This document shows positions 41,177 to 52,031 of a stretch of 64,000 bases of DNA, one piece after another. The stretch is from Methylacidimicrobium fagopyrum. Its GTDB lineage: Bacteria > Verrucomicrobiota > Verrucomicrobiia > Limisphaerales > UBA11358. The notes under the pieces are model-generated. The model saw nothing but the letters and a program-made list of their open reading frames with translations. It had not been told where the DNA came from and did no database searches. How positions within the stretch are numbered: the stretch's first letter is position 1; each line of letters opens with the position of its first letter. The translations under genes and the position numbers were made by a program. Location of the stretch: assembly GCA_026225255.1 (NCBI GenBank), contig JAMFSJ010000061.1:798-64797 (forward strand), in the 5' to 3' direction.

Positions 41177-42094
41177 TTACCGCTGCTTTTTCTCCTGCGC
41201 CTGCAACGCCTGCTCGTAGCAATTCAACGCTTCATCATAACGCCGCAGCCGGTTCAATAACCCGCCTTTATGCAAATGCGCGACGGCCAGCGTATTGTCC
41301 GCCGCGATCGAGCGATTGTAATGCGTCAAGGCTTCCGTAGCGCGGCCAAGCTTTTCCAGCGCATCCGCTTTTTTCAACAACGCTTCAGCGTGATCCGGAT
41401 GCGCCGCCAGAAATTTGTCAAAAAATTCCAACGCCTTTTGCGGCGCGTTTTCGTCCAAATATTTTTCCCCTTCCGCCAGCGGATTGAGGGCCACGCCATT
41501 CACCTTGGGTTTCTCGAGGGCCACGAGCGGCAACAATGACGGCCCGTTTTCCAATTCATTGAGGCGCAGGTTCAACTGCTGCACGACATCGAGCAATTGC
41601 GTATTGGCCGCGTCCACCGTCGCGCGGCCGGGGGTGGCGAGTTGTTGCACGGCATTGGCGGTGTTCAACACGGCTTGTTGTTGCGCGGAAATTTGCGTCA
41701 ATTGCGCAAACGCGCGCGATTGCAGATAAACCATCGCCAGCATGATGCCCAGACACACCACGCCGAACACCCCGGCCAGCAGCAACGTGGTCTGCAATGT
41801 TTTGTGCGTGGCCACGATCTCGTTGTTATGCTGCGTGGTGACCGTCTGTTCCAGCGATTGCAACCGCGAGCCGAGCAAGTCCAAATTATTTTTCGAAGCG
41901 TCCGCAGCGGCTTGCTGGTTTTGTTGAATCGCTAATTGCGCGGCGTGCAACTGTTCCTGAATCTGCAAAAAACTCGCGGCGGCCGCGTCGTTTGTCTGAT
42001 TGGAAGTTGAATTGGTGTTTTCTGCCAGCACGCGGACAGCCAAAAAGGCGATCACGCAAAGGGTGAAAAATTTCTGATTAAAATTGAGCCGCAT
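41177..42094 (-). CDS. Membrane protein with coiled coil and C-terminal TPRs
   Basis: Signal peptide, Q-rich coil, TM, three TPRs (YDEALNCYEQAL). Confidence 0.8.
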   Translation of the reverse strand: MRLNFNQKFFTLCVIAFLAVRVLAENTNSTSNQTNDAAAASFLQIQEQLHAAQLAIQQNQQAAADASKNNLDLLGSRLQSLEQTVTTQHNNEIVATHKTLQTTLLLAGVFGVVCLGIMLAMVYLQSRAFAQLTQISAQQQAVLNTANAVQQLATPGRATVDAANTQLLDVVQQLNLRLNELENGPSLLPLVALEKPKVNGVALNPLAEGEKYLDENAPQKALEFFDKFLAAHPDHAEALLKKADALEKLGRATEALTHYNRSIAADNTLAVAHLHKGGLLNRLRRYDEALNCYEQALQAQEKKQR

Positions 42095-42167
42095 ATCCCG
42101 CCGAAAAGAATTAGGTGAAGCCGAATTGAAGTCAAGCGTCCGGCGTAACGAGTTATTCGCAAATGAT

Positions 42168-43019
42168 TTACTGTTTCAGGTCAAATTCCAACCGCGAGCG
42201 CGAACCGGTCTGAAGATTTTCCATTACCAACGTCTGCACCTGCCACTGACCGTTCACTTTTTTGAAATCTTTCGGATAAAAATCTTTCAACTTTTTGCCG
42301 TTCGCATCATACGCGTAGGCTTCGACGATGCCGAGCGAATCCTGGTCCACCCACGAAACCACCCGGGAATAACTGTTCGGAGACGGATTCGGATTCGTGC
42401 TTTCCAAAACCGTGCAACTGCACTGGCGATAAAATTCCTTTTTTAAAACCTGCTGCTGCGGCCAGTGGAAAAATTCCAAGCCCAGATCAGCGCGCGAAAA
42501 ATCAGAGCCGGCAAACGGCGCGGAAATTTCCGCCGCCGTCAATGGCGGGCGAGCGCGAAACAAATTCCCGATCAACGGAATGTCGCCCAGCGTGGGGACT
42601 TCATTCGTCCGAGAAAAATAGACGCTGGCTTGGTCAGAGGTGTGGATGACCCAAAGAATTTCAAACCGGTTCGTCCCGCTTGTCTTATAAATCGTTTGCC
42701 AGTTGGTTGCGGTGACAATGGTTTTACATTCCACCGGAATTTCCGAGCGCACCCCATTGGCGTCTTTAATTTTCAAAATGCCCGTGTTGGTGAAATTATC
42801 CGCCGGGGCTTGCGTAAGAATTTTTTGCGCCAGCGCGTGGCCTTCAATTTCGGCGCCGGACAAAGCATTCGTCGTTTGGGCAAATGTTGAAACCGTAAAA
42901 AACAAAAGGCCAAAACTCGCGCAAAGGCGCAAAGGCGCGAAAAAACTTTTTGATCTGGAAATCCAAATCCCTTTGCGCCTTTGCGCCTTTGCGTGAACTT
43001 TCGGAAAAGACATTTTCAT
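42168..43019 (-). CDS. Outer-membrane lipoprotein-sorting (LolA-like) protein
   Basis: FAGSDFSRADL, YSRVVSWVD, YDANGKKLK, MENLQTGSRS. ATG overlaps the lon stop. Confidence 0.75.
   Translation of the reverse strand: MKMSFPKVHAKAQRRKGIWISRSKSFFAPLRLCASFGLLFFTVSTFAQTTNALSGAEIEGHALAQKILTQAPADNFTNTGILKIKDANGVRSEIPVECKTIVTATNWQTIYKTSGTNRFEILWVIHTSDQASVYFSRTNEVPTLGDIPLIGNLFRARPPLTAAEISAPFAGSDFSRADLGLEFFHWPQQQVLKKEFYRQCSCTVLESTNPNPSPNSYSRVVSWVDQDSLGIVEAYAYDANGKKLKDFYPKDFKKVNGQWQVQTLVMENLQTGSRSRLEFDLKQ
42917..42996. repeat. Fold-back (GCAAAGGC)n element inside a coding N-terminus
   Basis: 25-bp arms at 42917-42941 and 42972-42996 with 2 mismatches. Confidence 0.75.
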
Positions 43020-45421
43020 TTCGCCACGAGCGCGAGTTCGATGGCTTCGGAAATCTGTTTCACAAAATGCACTTTCAATTTCGCGCGCACTTCCGCCGGC
43101 ACGTCCAGCCAATCGGCTTTATTTCCCTCCGGCAAGATCACCTGCTTCATGCCAAAACGCGACGCGGCGATGACTTTTTCTTTGATGCCGCCCACCCGCA
43201 ACACGCGTCCGCGCAAGCTGATTTCGCCCGTCATCGCGACATCCGAACGCACGCGGCGTTTGCTCAATAGCGAGGCCAGCGCGGCCACAATCGTCACGCC
43301 TGCGCTCGGCCCGTCCTTCGGCGTCGCGCCGGCGGGAACGTGAATGTGGATGTCGTGCTTGCCGTAATCGTCGAAATCAAGTTCCAGTTTCTTCGCCTGC
43401 GAACGCAAATAACTGACGGCGGTTTGCGCGCTTTCTTTCATCACATCACCGAGCGAACCGGTCAAAGTCAATTGCCCGCGCCCGCGCATCCGCGTGGCTT
43501 CGATGAATAAAATATCGCCGCCGACCGGCGTCCACGCGAGGCCGGTGGCAATGCCGACTTCGGTGATTTTCTCGGCGCTTTCCGAAACGAACGGCGCGTG
43601 GCTGAGATAGCTTTCCAAATCTTTCGCTTCGATTTTCACCGTGTCCGTGACGCCGTTTTTAGAAACAATTTTGCGCGCGGCTTTGCGCGTGAGCGCGGCG
43701 ATTTGACGTTCGAGCTGGCGCACGCCGGCTTCGCGCGTGTATTCGCGGACAAGGCCGCGCAACGCGCCGTCGCCAATTTTCACATCGCGCTTCGTGAGAC
43801 CGTGTTCTTCGATTTGCCGCGGCACCAGATAACGTTTCGCGATCTGTAATTTTTCAGATTCCGTGTAACTCGGCAGTTCGATGACTTCCAGCCGGTCGCG
43901 CAACGCCACGTGAATCGGCTCCAGCCAATTCGCCGTGGCAATGAATAGCACACGCGAAAGATCGAACGGCAAATCCAAGTAATGATCGGTGAACGTCGAG
44001 TTTTGCGCCGGATCAAGCACCTCGAGCAACGCGGACGCAGGATCGCCGCGCACATCCGCGCCGACCTTGTCCAATTCGTCGAGCAAAATGACGGGGTTTT
44101 GGCTCTCAACGCGGCGCAAGGTTTGAATGATGCGCCCCGGCATCGCCCCGACGTAAGTGCGGCGATGACCGCGAATCTCCGCTTCGTCGCGCATTCCGCC
44201 TAATGAAATCCGGGCGAATTTGCGTCCGAGCGCATCGGCCACACTTTTGCCGAGCGACGTTTTGCCGACGCCGGGCGGGCCGACGAGACACAGAATCGGG
44301 CCTTTGATTTGTTTGCGGCGTTTGATGACGGCGATGAATTCGAGCAAACGGTCTTTGACTTTTTCGAGACCAAAATGCTGGTCGTTGAGAATTTTTTCCG
44401 CCGCTTCCAAATCTAATTTATCCTCCGTGGCGCGTTCCCACGGCAACGCGAGAATCCAATCGAGATAATTGCGCGCGACGCCGTATTCGGCGGCGGCCGG
44501 CGGCGTTTGTTGGAGCCGCTCCAATTCCTGTTCGGCGGCGCGGCGCACTTCCGGCGGCAAGACCGCTTGTTCAACCCGTTCGCGCAACGACTTCGCTTCG
44601 CCGAGATTTGGGTCACCGTCGCCGAGTTCACGTTGGATGGCGCGGAGCTGTTCGCGCAGGAAAAAATCGCGCTGCGTTTTGGCGACGGACGAGGCGACAT
44701 CGCTCTGGATTTTCGAGCTCAACGTCAACACTTCCTGTTCGCGATTGAGCAACGGCAAAAGCGTGGCGAGCCGTTCGCGGACCGAAACCATTTCGAGCAA
44801 TTTCTGGCGGTCGTCCAAGCTCAGGTTCAGATTGCCCGCGATCAAATCCGCAAAGTGGCCGGGATGTTCCGTGTTCAACGCCGCGATCTTGACCTGCTCG
44901 GTCAGCGCGCTGGACATTTTGGCAATTTCCTCGAATTGCCGGTGCGCGTTGCGAAGCATCGCTTTGAGCTCGATGGAATCTTCCGTTTCGTCGCGCAACA
45001 ATTCGTAGTGCGCGCGCAAATACGGCATCGGCGGTTCAAATTGTTGCACGCGGATGCGCCAGAGACCTTCGACCAGCACACGCGCGCTGCCGTCGGGAAA
45101 TTTCACCATTTTCGACAACCGGGAAACGCAACCGATCTTGTGCAAATCTTCCGGTGTCGGTTCAGCGACATCGGTTTTTTTTTGCAAAATGGCACCGAAC
45201 AAGCGATCACCCGCGACGAGGTCGTCCACGAGTTTCAAGCTCGGACCCGTTTCAACTAATAAAGGAACGATGGCGCCGGGAAAAATAACGATGTCCGCCA
45301 AGCCAAGAATCGGCAAGGTTTCCGGCAATGAACGGGAAGAAAGACGAATCGTCCCCTCGGCTTTATCGGCCGAACTGAGGATGCTCACAAACTCTGTTTC
45401 CCCCGAGCTAGTCGTCATCAT
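43016..45421 (-). CDS. lon: Endopeptidase La
   Basis: LON N-domain, GPPGVGKTS, LLDELDK, PKDGPSAG, GGIKEK. Confidence 0.97.
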   Translation of the reverse strand: MMTTSSGETEFVSILSSADKAEGTIRLSSRSLPETLPILGLADIVIFPGAIVPLLVETGPSLKLVDDLVAGDRLFGAILQKKTDVAEPTPEDLHKIGCVSRLSKMVKFPDGSARVLVEGLWRIRVQQFEPPMPYLRAHYELLRDETEDSIELKAMLRNAHRQFEEIAKMSSALTEQVKIAALNTEHPGHFADLIAGNLNLSLDDRQKLLEMVSVRERLATLLPLLNREQEVLTLSSKIQSDVASSVAKTQRDFFLREQLRAIQRELGDGDPNLGEAKSLRERVEQAVLPPEVRRAAEQELERLQQTPPAAAEYGVARNYLDWILALPWERATEDKLDLEAAEKILNDQHFGLEKVKDRLLEFIAVIKRRKQIKGPILCLVGPPGVGKTSLGKSVADALGRKFARISLGGMRDEAEIRGHRRTYVGAMPGRIIQTLRRVESQNPVILLDELDKVGADVRGDPASALLEVLDPAQNSTFTDHYLDLPFDLSRVLFIATANWLEPIHVALRDRLEVIELPSYTESEKLQIAKRYLVPRQIEEHGLTKRDVKIGDGALRGLVREYTREAGVRQLERQIAALTRKAARKIVSKNGVTDTVKIEAKDLESYLSHAPFVSESAEKITEVGIATGLAWTPVGGDILFIEATRMRGRGQLTLTGSLGDVMKESAQTAVSYLRSQAKKLELDFDDYGKHDIHIHVPAGATPKDGPSAGVTIVAALASLLSKRRVRSDVAMTGEISLRGRVLRVGGIKEKVIAASRFGMKQVILPEGNKADWLDVPAEVRAKLKVHFVKQISEAIELALVAK

Positions 45422-45461
45422 GCCACGTTAGACCACGTTACGCCCAAAAGGTTCAGGCGTG

Positions 45462-45884
45462 TCATATTCCTTCTGAGATATGAACTTTTTTAGTTTTTGT
45501 GTGAGGTTGGTGCGCGGGCGGCACGTCAATCCGCAGAAAGCCGTTCAAATAAACCGCCTTGGCCAGATTCAAATCATAATCCGCCGGCAAATCCAGCACC
45601 GTTTCAAACGGGCCGTAAGTGATTTCCATCACGAGAAAACTGGAATGCGAAGAACGGCAACTATCCTGTCGCACACCACTGATGCGTAAACGACTGCCTT
45701 CCGCCACGATGTCCAAACTATCACTTTTCATGCCGGCGAGTTCGACTTTGATGACGAGCCCGGTTTCCGTGGCGTAAACATCGGTGTTGGGGGCCCAACG
45801 TCCGGTGGTGGGTTCACCTACGTTGCCGAACGACGACGTGCGGGTGGCAAAATGAATCGAGGAGCTTACTTTTGTGACAGCCAT
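45462..45884 (-). CDS. Hsp20 small heat-shock protein
   Basis: PNTDVYAT, ELAGM, EITYGPFE, AVYLNGFLRIDVP. Confidence 0.88.
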   Translation of the reverse strand: MAVTKVSSSIHFATRTSSFGNVGEPTTGRWAPNTDVYATETGLVIKVELAGMKSDSLDIVAEGSRLRISGVRQDSCRSSHSSFLVMEITYGPFETVLDLPADYDLNLAKAVYLNGFLRIDVPPAHQPHTKTKKVHISEGI

Positions 45885-46232
45885 GATGGTTTGAAATTGT
45901 TATACCCTTAATACCCTTTAATTTCAACGCGCAAGCAGACAGCCTTGCAGTTTTTGTTCACGTCGAAAACATAACCCCAAAACAGCGGAGTGCAAATGGA
46001 ATTTTGAAATGGGGTCTGGCGGATCGGCTTTGGGGTCTGGGGAAAATTGATTGGCCGTGTCATCGGCCTTTGCCAATACCAATTTTTTATCCGCCAGCGG
46101 GTTGCGGAAATTTGAGGCCGAGACAAAATTTTTGAAATTTGAGATTTCGAATTTGAAATCCGCCCCCAACCCGAGACCTCCTCCTCCAAATTTCCGCTTT
46201 GAACCCGCCCCGCCGAACCTTAAAATCCGCGC

Positions 46233-46646
46233 ATGGCAGAAATTTTTCGTTATTTGCATCGCGTCACCTATGCCGAATGCACCGTTGGCGACCATATTTA
46301 TCACGCACGCTATCTGGATTTACTGGAAGCCGCGCGCGGCGAATTTATGCGTTCGCTCGGCACGACGGTGCTGGCGTTGCAAGACCAGGATTTTATTTTC
46401 CCCGTCATCGAAGCCCGCTTGCGCTACAAATTCCCTGCCCGCTACGACGACGTGCTGACAATTGAAGTCCAACCCATTTTAGTCGAACGGGTGCGCCTGA
46501 ACTTCGGCCATCGCGTGTTGAATCAAAACGGCAAACTAATTCTCGAAGCCGAAACCTTTCACGCCTGCACCAGCCGCGACGAAAAGCCAAAACGCTTACC
46601 GCCCGAACTCGTCGCTAAACTGCAACCATTCATCCCGACGATCTGA
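46233..46646 (+). CDS. Acyl-CoA thioesterase (YbgC/4HBT family)
   Basis: HIYHARYLDLLEAAR, YKFPARYDDVL. Confidence 0.88.
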   Translation: MAEIFRYLHRVTYAECTVGDHIYHARYLDLLEAARGEFMRSLGTTVLALQDQDFIFPVIEARLRYKFPARYDDVLTIEVQPILVERVRLNFGHRVLNQNGKLILEAETFHACTSRDEKPKRLPPELVAKLQPFIPTI

Positions 46647-46715
46647 ACCGGGAGCGGCGGTTTTCAGTCGGCCAGTCGCCGTCACGAAAGCAAAAAACTT
46701 TACCACCGAGGAATT

Positions 46716-48919
46716 TTAAAACGTCAGGTATTTCAACACCTGCACTTCGCGTTTGAAGATCAGTTCGATGGTGTTTTCGTGGAACTGCATTTCGATCGGG
46801 CAACGGTCTTGCGTGTGTTCCCACAGCACGCGTCCGCTTTTCGGATCAATCCGCACGATACGTAAATAAGGCGGTTTTTGCAGGCCGGCGAGCGTATCGC
46901 TCAACACTTCTTCGTCCGTTGGATTGGGATCAAACGATTGCACGGCGTAAATAAAATTCCCGGAAAGATACGAAACAAAACCGCCAGGTTTAACGCTCCA
47001 TAAAATTTTCCCGCTCGTAGGCTCAATTTTTTCCAGCACGGCGGCGGTGGATTTTGTGATGTCAATCTGCCGCGCATATTTGATGTCGTCGGGATTGCCG
47101 GTCGTGGTGTTCACATACAAATTATTTTGCGCGTCGAAAAATAATCCAATGATGCCGACGGATGGCAAACGCCAACGCGCGTTGCCGGTCGTCAGCTCGA
47201 ACGCGCTCAACACCGCTTGATCAAAAACGTAAAGCACATCGCCGTGCTCCACACACGGGCCGGCACCATATTGCGACTCTTCCGATGTGCCAGCGCGCTC
47301 GGTCACGTTGTAAGTCAGCGCGCGGCCCAGAGTTTTTTATTTTCTTTATCGAGCACGGTGATGGATTTTCCCGCCGCGATGACGTTGACGGTTTTTAGGC
47401 AAAATAATTGCGGCGGCCCGACGACTTCGCCCGTCCAATCCACGACGCCGGGCGCGTTCGGAATATGCACCGTGACTTGGTAACGGCTTTGATCTTCCGA
47501 AACCGTGTCGCCGCCGTGATTGCGTTGCATTTCGTTTAGGATGTCATTCGCCACGTCGGTCGTTTGCGAGGCGTTCAGATTGGGATTATCGAGCGCGGAT
47601 TTTTTCGGCGCGGCGCGCATGGCTTCGCGCGTAACGATGTTTTGTTGCAGCAATTTCACCCCGAATTGAGCGGAATCATTTTCGCCCGCAATCAAGGTAA
47701 AATGTTCGGCGGCCCGCGCGCTCGCGTTGGCTTTCTGCGATGGCGGATGATGCGTGTCGTCGTCGCGCAGGGCGGCTTCCAGCTTTTGTTCGTAGACGTC
47801 ATTGCCCAGCAACGCGGGTAAAGCGATACGCGCGGGCAGGTTCAAATTTTGCGCCTGCGCCACGACTTTATCCGGATCGAGTGGCTTGCCGTCGTGTGAA
47901 AAAAGTCCGCCACTCGCAGCGTCATTTCCCACACTGACCCCGAAATCCACCGCCGTAACTTCCTGCAAAACCTTGCCACTGTTCCAATCGTATTGCGTCA
48001 ATTTACCGGGCGACGCGACCCAAATATCCTGATTGGAAACGCTCAACGTAAGCGCGTTTTGCAATCCAATTTTGGCGAGGCGGGCCTGCGCGCTGGGCAA
48101 TTGTGTGCGGGCGTAAACGTCATTACCATTTTGCGTGATGTCGCGGGCGCGGGCATCGTTTTCCGCCTTGACGATGGCGTCAATCTGCGCGGGCGTGACG
48201 AGTTCCTGCGACCAAGCGGGCTTTCCGGTTTTGAGATCGTAACGGGCCAGCGTGCCGCCGTGCAGAAAAACAATTTGATCCGCGCCGACCAGTTGCGCGG
48301 CGCCGGCGTAGGCGCGCTCGTCCTCCGCGAAACGCACGGAAAAATAAGTGTGCGGCACAGAACCAAACCACGCATACCAGATCCAAACGCCAAAAAATAA
48401 AACGACGGCGGCGACGATGGCGCCAAAAATCAAACCCGTCTTGCGCCAAAATTGGTTTTCCTTTTCAAATCGGCCGCCCGCGTAAGTCGGTGCCACGACG
48501 CCGCTCAAATCGGCCTTATTTTTGCAGAGCGGCGAACAGAAATAGCCGAATAGTTCCAAGCATTGCGGACAAATCGGTTTCTGACATACGGTGCAATTTT
48601 CCGTGGTGAGGACGTGGTGATGTTTGCTGCAATATTTGGAAACCCCCGCTTCGGCGGTCGGCGCGACTTCCGCCGGCGGTTTTTCTTGGTGCGAAATTTT
48701 CAGGCGTGCGGGCGCGGGTTTCGGCGGCTCAACCGGTGTGGTCGGCGGCGGCGGCATGGGGGGGATATTTTGTTCGGCTATTTCGCGGCGGATGAGTTCG
48801 TTGACGAACTCAGAGGAATCGAGTCCGCACTGCGGGCAGACGAACTTGAATGGCGCTTGCGCCATTTCGGGCGTGATCTCGAGCGCGTATTTCGCACCGC
48901 AGGAACATTGGATTTTCAT
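46716..48919 (-). pseudogene. Zn-finger/TM/PQQ-type beta-propeller protein split by a 1-bp frameshift near 47320
   Basis: ORFs 47315-48919 and 46716-47306 join as KKLWAAxLTYNVTER if one base is restored. Could be a sequencing error. Confidence 0.7.
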
Positions 48920-48925
48920 GAACGT

Positions 48926-49543
48926 CTAGGGTTGCGGATTCAATAGCACGATGCCCGCGGGTATCGCGAGCGAAAACGTGAGCTGCGGTCCGCTCGTTTG
49001 AATGCTGCCGTCGCTGAACAGAAAATTGCCGCCATATTTGTGATGATTATTGCCAGGCGATTTCCCGTCGCGGGAAAAGACAAATTCGCCCGCTGCTTTC
49101 GCCTCCGTGCTTACCTGCCGATCGGAAAGCAACACGTCCGGCGTTGCGTTCGGCGCCGTGCTGAGGCGGTGGCCCATGAAATACGCGTAACTGATTTTGC
49201 GGTTGATCAATGGTTCGCCGGAAGGAATATCCGAATCGCGTCCGCCGGGGCAGATGAAAATCGAGGTGTCCACGGAATATTTCGGCACGAGCGAGTTGAG
49301 CGCGGCTTCGGAAGTTTGCGCGTTTGTATTCACCGGCAACTGACCGCCAAAGTCGTTCGCATAAATCTGGAGCGCGAGATAAATTTTCTGGAGGTTGTCC
49401 GCGCACAATTGCTTTTGCGTGCGCTGATGCTTGCCAGAAGCGAAACCGAACATCATCGCCGACAACACCGCGATCAACGCCAGCGAGATGAGCAATTCGA
49501 TGAGCGAAAAGCCAGTGGAGGCTGGATGGCGGGCGAGTTTCAC
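48926..49543 (-). CDS. Prepilin-type protein with H-X9-DG motif
   Basis: [17 protein letters not shown]...[12 protein letters not shown]. Confidence 0.85.
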   Translation of the reverse strand: MKLARHPASTGFSLIELLISLALIAVLSAMMFGFASGKHQRTQKQLCADNLQKIYLALQIYANDFGGQLPVNTNAQTSEAALNSLVPKYSVDTSIFICPGGRDSDIPSGEPLINRKISYAYFMGHRLSTAPNATPDVLLSDRQVSTEAKAAGEFVFSRDGKSPGNNHHKYGGNFLFSDGSIQTSGPQLTFSLAIPAGIVLLNPQP

Positions 49544-49636
49544 GTTCGCGTTGTAACGCAATCCGGCGGCGCAGGCAAAATTTTTCGCTCGCAAAACGGG
49601 CGCGGGCAAAAGAGAATCTACGTTCTGTTTCATCGC

Positions 49637-51178
49637 ATGAACGAACAAATTATCATCCTCGATTTCGGGTCGCAATATACGCAGGTCATCGCGCGGCGTG
49701 TCCGCGAGTGCAGCGTCTATTCCACTATTTTGCGTTACGACACGCCCGCAGCGGAAATTGCCCGGCTCAAACCGAGCGGCATCATTTTGTCCGGCGGCCC
49801 GTCCAGCGTGTATGCGCCGGATGCGCCGTTGCCGGATAAAAATATCTTTGCGCTCGGCGTGCCCGTGCTGGGAATTTGTTTTGGCGTGCAATTGCTCGCG
49901 CAATTCAACGGCGGCAAAGTCGAAAAAGGTCTCAAGCGCGAATACGGCAAAGGCACACTCACGGTGAAAGATCCGACGTGCGCGCTATTCGCTAAATTGC
50001 CGAAGTCGCTGCAAGTCTGGAATTCGCACGGCGATAAACTCACGAAAATCCCGAACGGATTCAAAGCCGTCGCCGTCACGGAAAATTCCGAATACGCGGC
50101 GATCGAAAATCGTGCGAAGAAATTTTTCGGGCTGCAATTTCACCCCGAAGTCGCGCACTCACCGCGCGGCAAAGAGATCATTGCCAACTTCGTCCACGGC
50201 GTTTGCGGCTGCGGTAAAAACTGGACGATGCGGAATTATGTGGACCAGGCCGTCGAAGAAATTCGCGCGCAAGTCGGTCAGGAAAAAGTGATTCTCGGTT
50301 TGAGCGGCGGCGTGGATTCCAGCGTCGCAGCGGCCTTGCTGCACAAGGCGATTGGCGATCAGTTGACGTGCATTTTCGTCAATAACGGCCTGCTCCGCGC
50401 GAATGAAGCGGAAGTGGTGCAGGAAGTTTTTGGTCGCAATTTCAAACTGAAATTGCAATACGAAAACTCGGCGAAACAATTTCTCTCGAAGTTGAAAGGC
50501 GTGACCGATCCCGAACGCAAACGCAAAATCATTGGCAAAGAATTTGTCGAAGTGTTTCAAGCCGCGACGAAACGGGCGGGGGCCGCAAAATTTCTCGCGC
50601 AAGGCACGTTGTATCCCGACATCATTGAATCGGTGCCGATCGCCGGCAATCCCGCCGCGCTCATCAAGAGCCATCACAACGTCGGCGGTTTGCCGAAGAA
50701 CATGAAGTTCGCGCTCGTTGAGCCATTGAAAAATTTGTTCAAGGACGAAGTGCGTCAGCTCGGCTTGGAACTGGGTTTACCGAAAGAAATTGTCTATCGC
50801 CAGCCGTTCCCCGGACCGGGTCTCGCCGTGCGCATTCTCGGCGAAGTGACGCCGTCGCGCTGCGAAATTTTGCGAAACGCCGACGCCATCGTCGTCGAAG
50901 AAATGAAGGCGAGCGGACTCTATTATAAGATCTGGCAAAGCTTTGCTGTGTTGCTGCCGATCCGTAGTGTCGGCGTGATGGGCGACGAGCGCACCTACGA
51001 TTACACCATCGCCATCCGCGCGGTGGAATCGCAGGACGGCATGACCGCCGATTGGGTGAAACTGCCTTACGATCTATTGGAAAAACTCGCGAGCCGCATC
51101 ATCAACGAAGTGAAAGGCGTGAACCGCTGTGTCTTGGACATCACGAGCAAACCGCCGGGGACGATTGAGTGGGAGTGA
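49637..51178 (+). CDS. guaA: GMP synthase (glutamine-hydrolysing)
   Basis: [36 protein letters not shown]. Confidence 0.98.
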   Translation: MNEQIIILDFGSQYTQVIARRVRECSVYSTILRYDTPAAEIARLKPSGIILSGGPSSVYAPDAPLPDKNIFALGVPVLGICFGVQLLAQFNGGKVEKGLKREYGKGTLTVKDPTCALFAKLPKSLQVWNSHGDKLTKIPNGFKAVAVTENSEYAAIENRAKKFFGLQFHPEVAHSPRGKEIIANFVHGVCGCGKNWTMRNYVDQAVEEIRAQVGQEKVILGLSGGVDSSVAAALLHKAIGDQLTCIFVNNGLLRANEAEVVQEVFGRNFKLKLQYENSAKQFLSKLKGVTDPERKRKIIGKEFVEVFQAATKRAGAAKFLAQGTLYPDIIESVPIAGNPAALIKSHHNVGGLPKNMKFALVEPLKNLFKDEVRQLGLELGLPKEIVYRQPFPGPGLAVRILGEVTPSRCEILRNADAIVVEEMKASGLYYKIWQSFAVLLPIRSVGVMGDERTYDYTIAIRAVESQDGMTADWVKLPYDLLEKLASRIINEVKGVNRCVLDITSKPPGTIEWE

Positions 51179-51229
51179 GATTTGCGAAGCGGGTGAGCCA
51201 CCTGCTCCGCGGCCTCATCGAATGAAGCT

Positions 51230-51853
51230 ATGACCTTGCCCGTTAAAATCGCCTACTTGGAAAGCGCGTTGGAAGACGGCTGCCAAGTGGGCGGCGTGAC
51301 GCTCACGCACCATTCATTGGGAGATTTATCTTTGCCGACCGGCCAATTGGTGGCGAGCGATCCATTCGTCTGCCCGGAACAAGAAGCGTTCACCCAGTCT
51401 TTGCTGCCGGGAACGTATCCGGTCACTTTGAGCATAGCGCAAATTGACGACGATCAACGCTTGGCCTTCGCGATCCTGCGCGTGGAAGCAGGCGCGCCGG
51501 TCACTTGGGAAATGCTAACCGTGGGCGAACAAGATCCGGACGAGTTGAGCGAAGACGAATTTTTCGGCTATCCGGTGGATGCCGGCACGGGCTGTTTCAT
51601 GGATCGATCCGTGGGCAAATCCCTCACGGCGGCGATGGATGCGGACAATGATTTTTGCGACACCCTGTTCGTCGAAATGGAAAAGACTTATCGGAATACT
51701 TGGAGCTGGCTGAACCATCCGTTAGGCGCGGCCAATCTGATCGCCTTTTCCACCGGCTACGGCGATGGCAGGTATGCGACTTACGCGGGCTTGGATGTCG
51801 CTGGCAAAATCGTCGTCATTGTCACCGATTTCGGGGCGGTCACTTTTGTATAG
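51230..51853 (+). CDS. DUF4241-like protein
   Basis: LPTGQLVASDP, YPVDAGTGCFMD, FSTGYGDG.Y. Confidence 0.8.
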   Translation: MTLPVKIAYLESALEDGCQVGGVTLTHHSLGDLSLPTGQLVASDPFVCPEQEAFTQSLLPGTYPVTLSIAQIDDDQRLAFAILRVEAGAPVTWEMLTVGEQDPDELSEDEFFGYPVDAGTGCFMDRSVGKSLTAAMDADNDFCDTLFVEMEKTYRNTWSWLNHPLGAANLIAFSTGYGDGRYATYAGLDVAGKIVVIVTDFGAVTFV

Positions 51854-52031
51854 AAATGGTCTGCGTGCGTTTCGCGCGTCGAGTCGTTTTCCTTTTTGTT
51901 TACTTTCGCCCGGCCGAAAGCGGTGGCGCCGCTCGCGCTCAGGCAATCATCAGTGGCATTTTTTAACTTTCATCGGTGACAAAATTCGTGAACATTTCCA
52001 GCTCGTGCTTGTCAGAAAAGGACGAATAGCA

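Noticed and set aside
47300-47330. Programmed frameshift
   Set aside because: No slippery sequence; a 1-bp deletion (mutation or sequencing error) is simpler.
48998-49636. N-terminal extension of GuaA (726-aa ORF)
   Set aside because: It is the antisense of the prepilin gene; the GuaA motifs start at 49637.
51765-52031. N-terminal extension of BatD
   Set aside because: It overlaps the DUF4241-like gene; the signal peptide begins at 52032.
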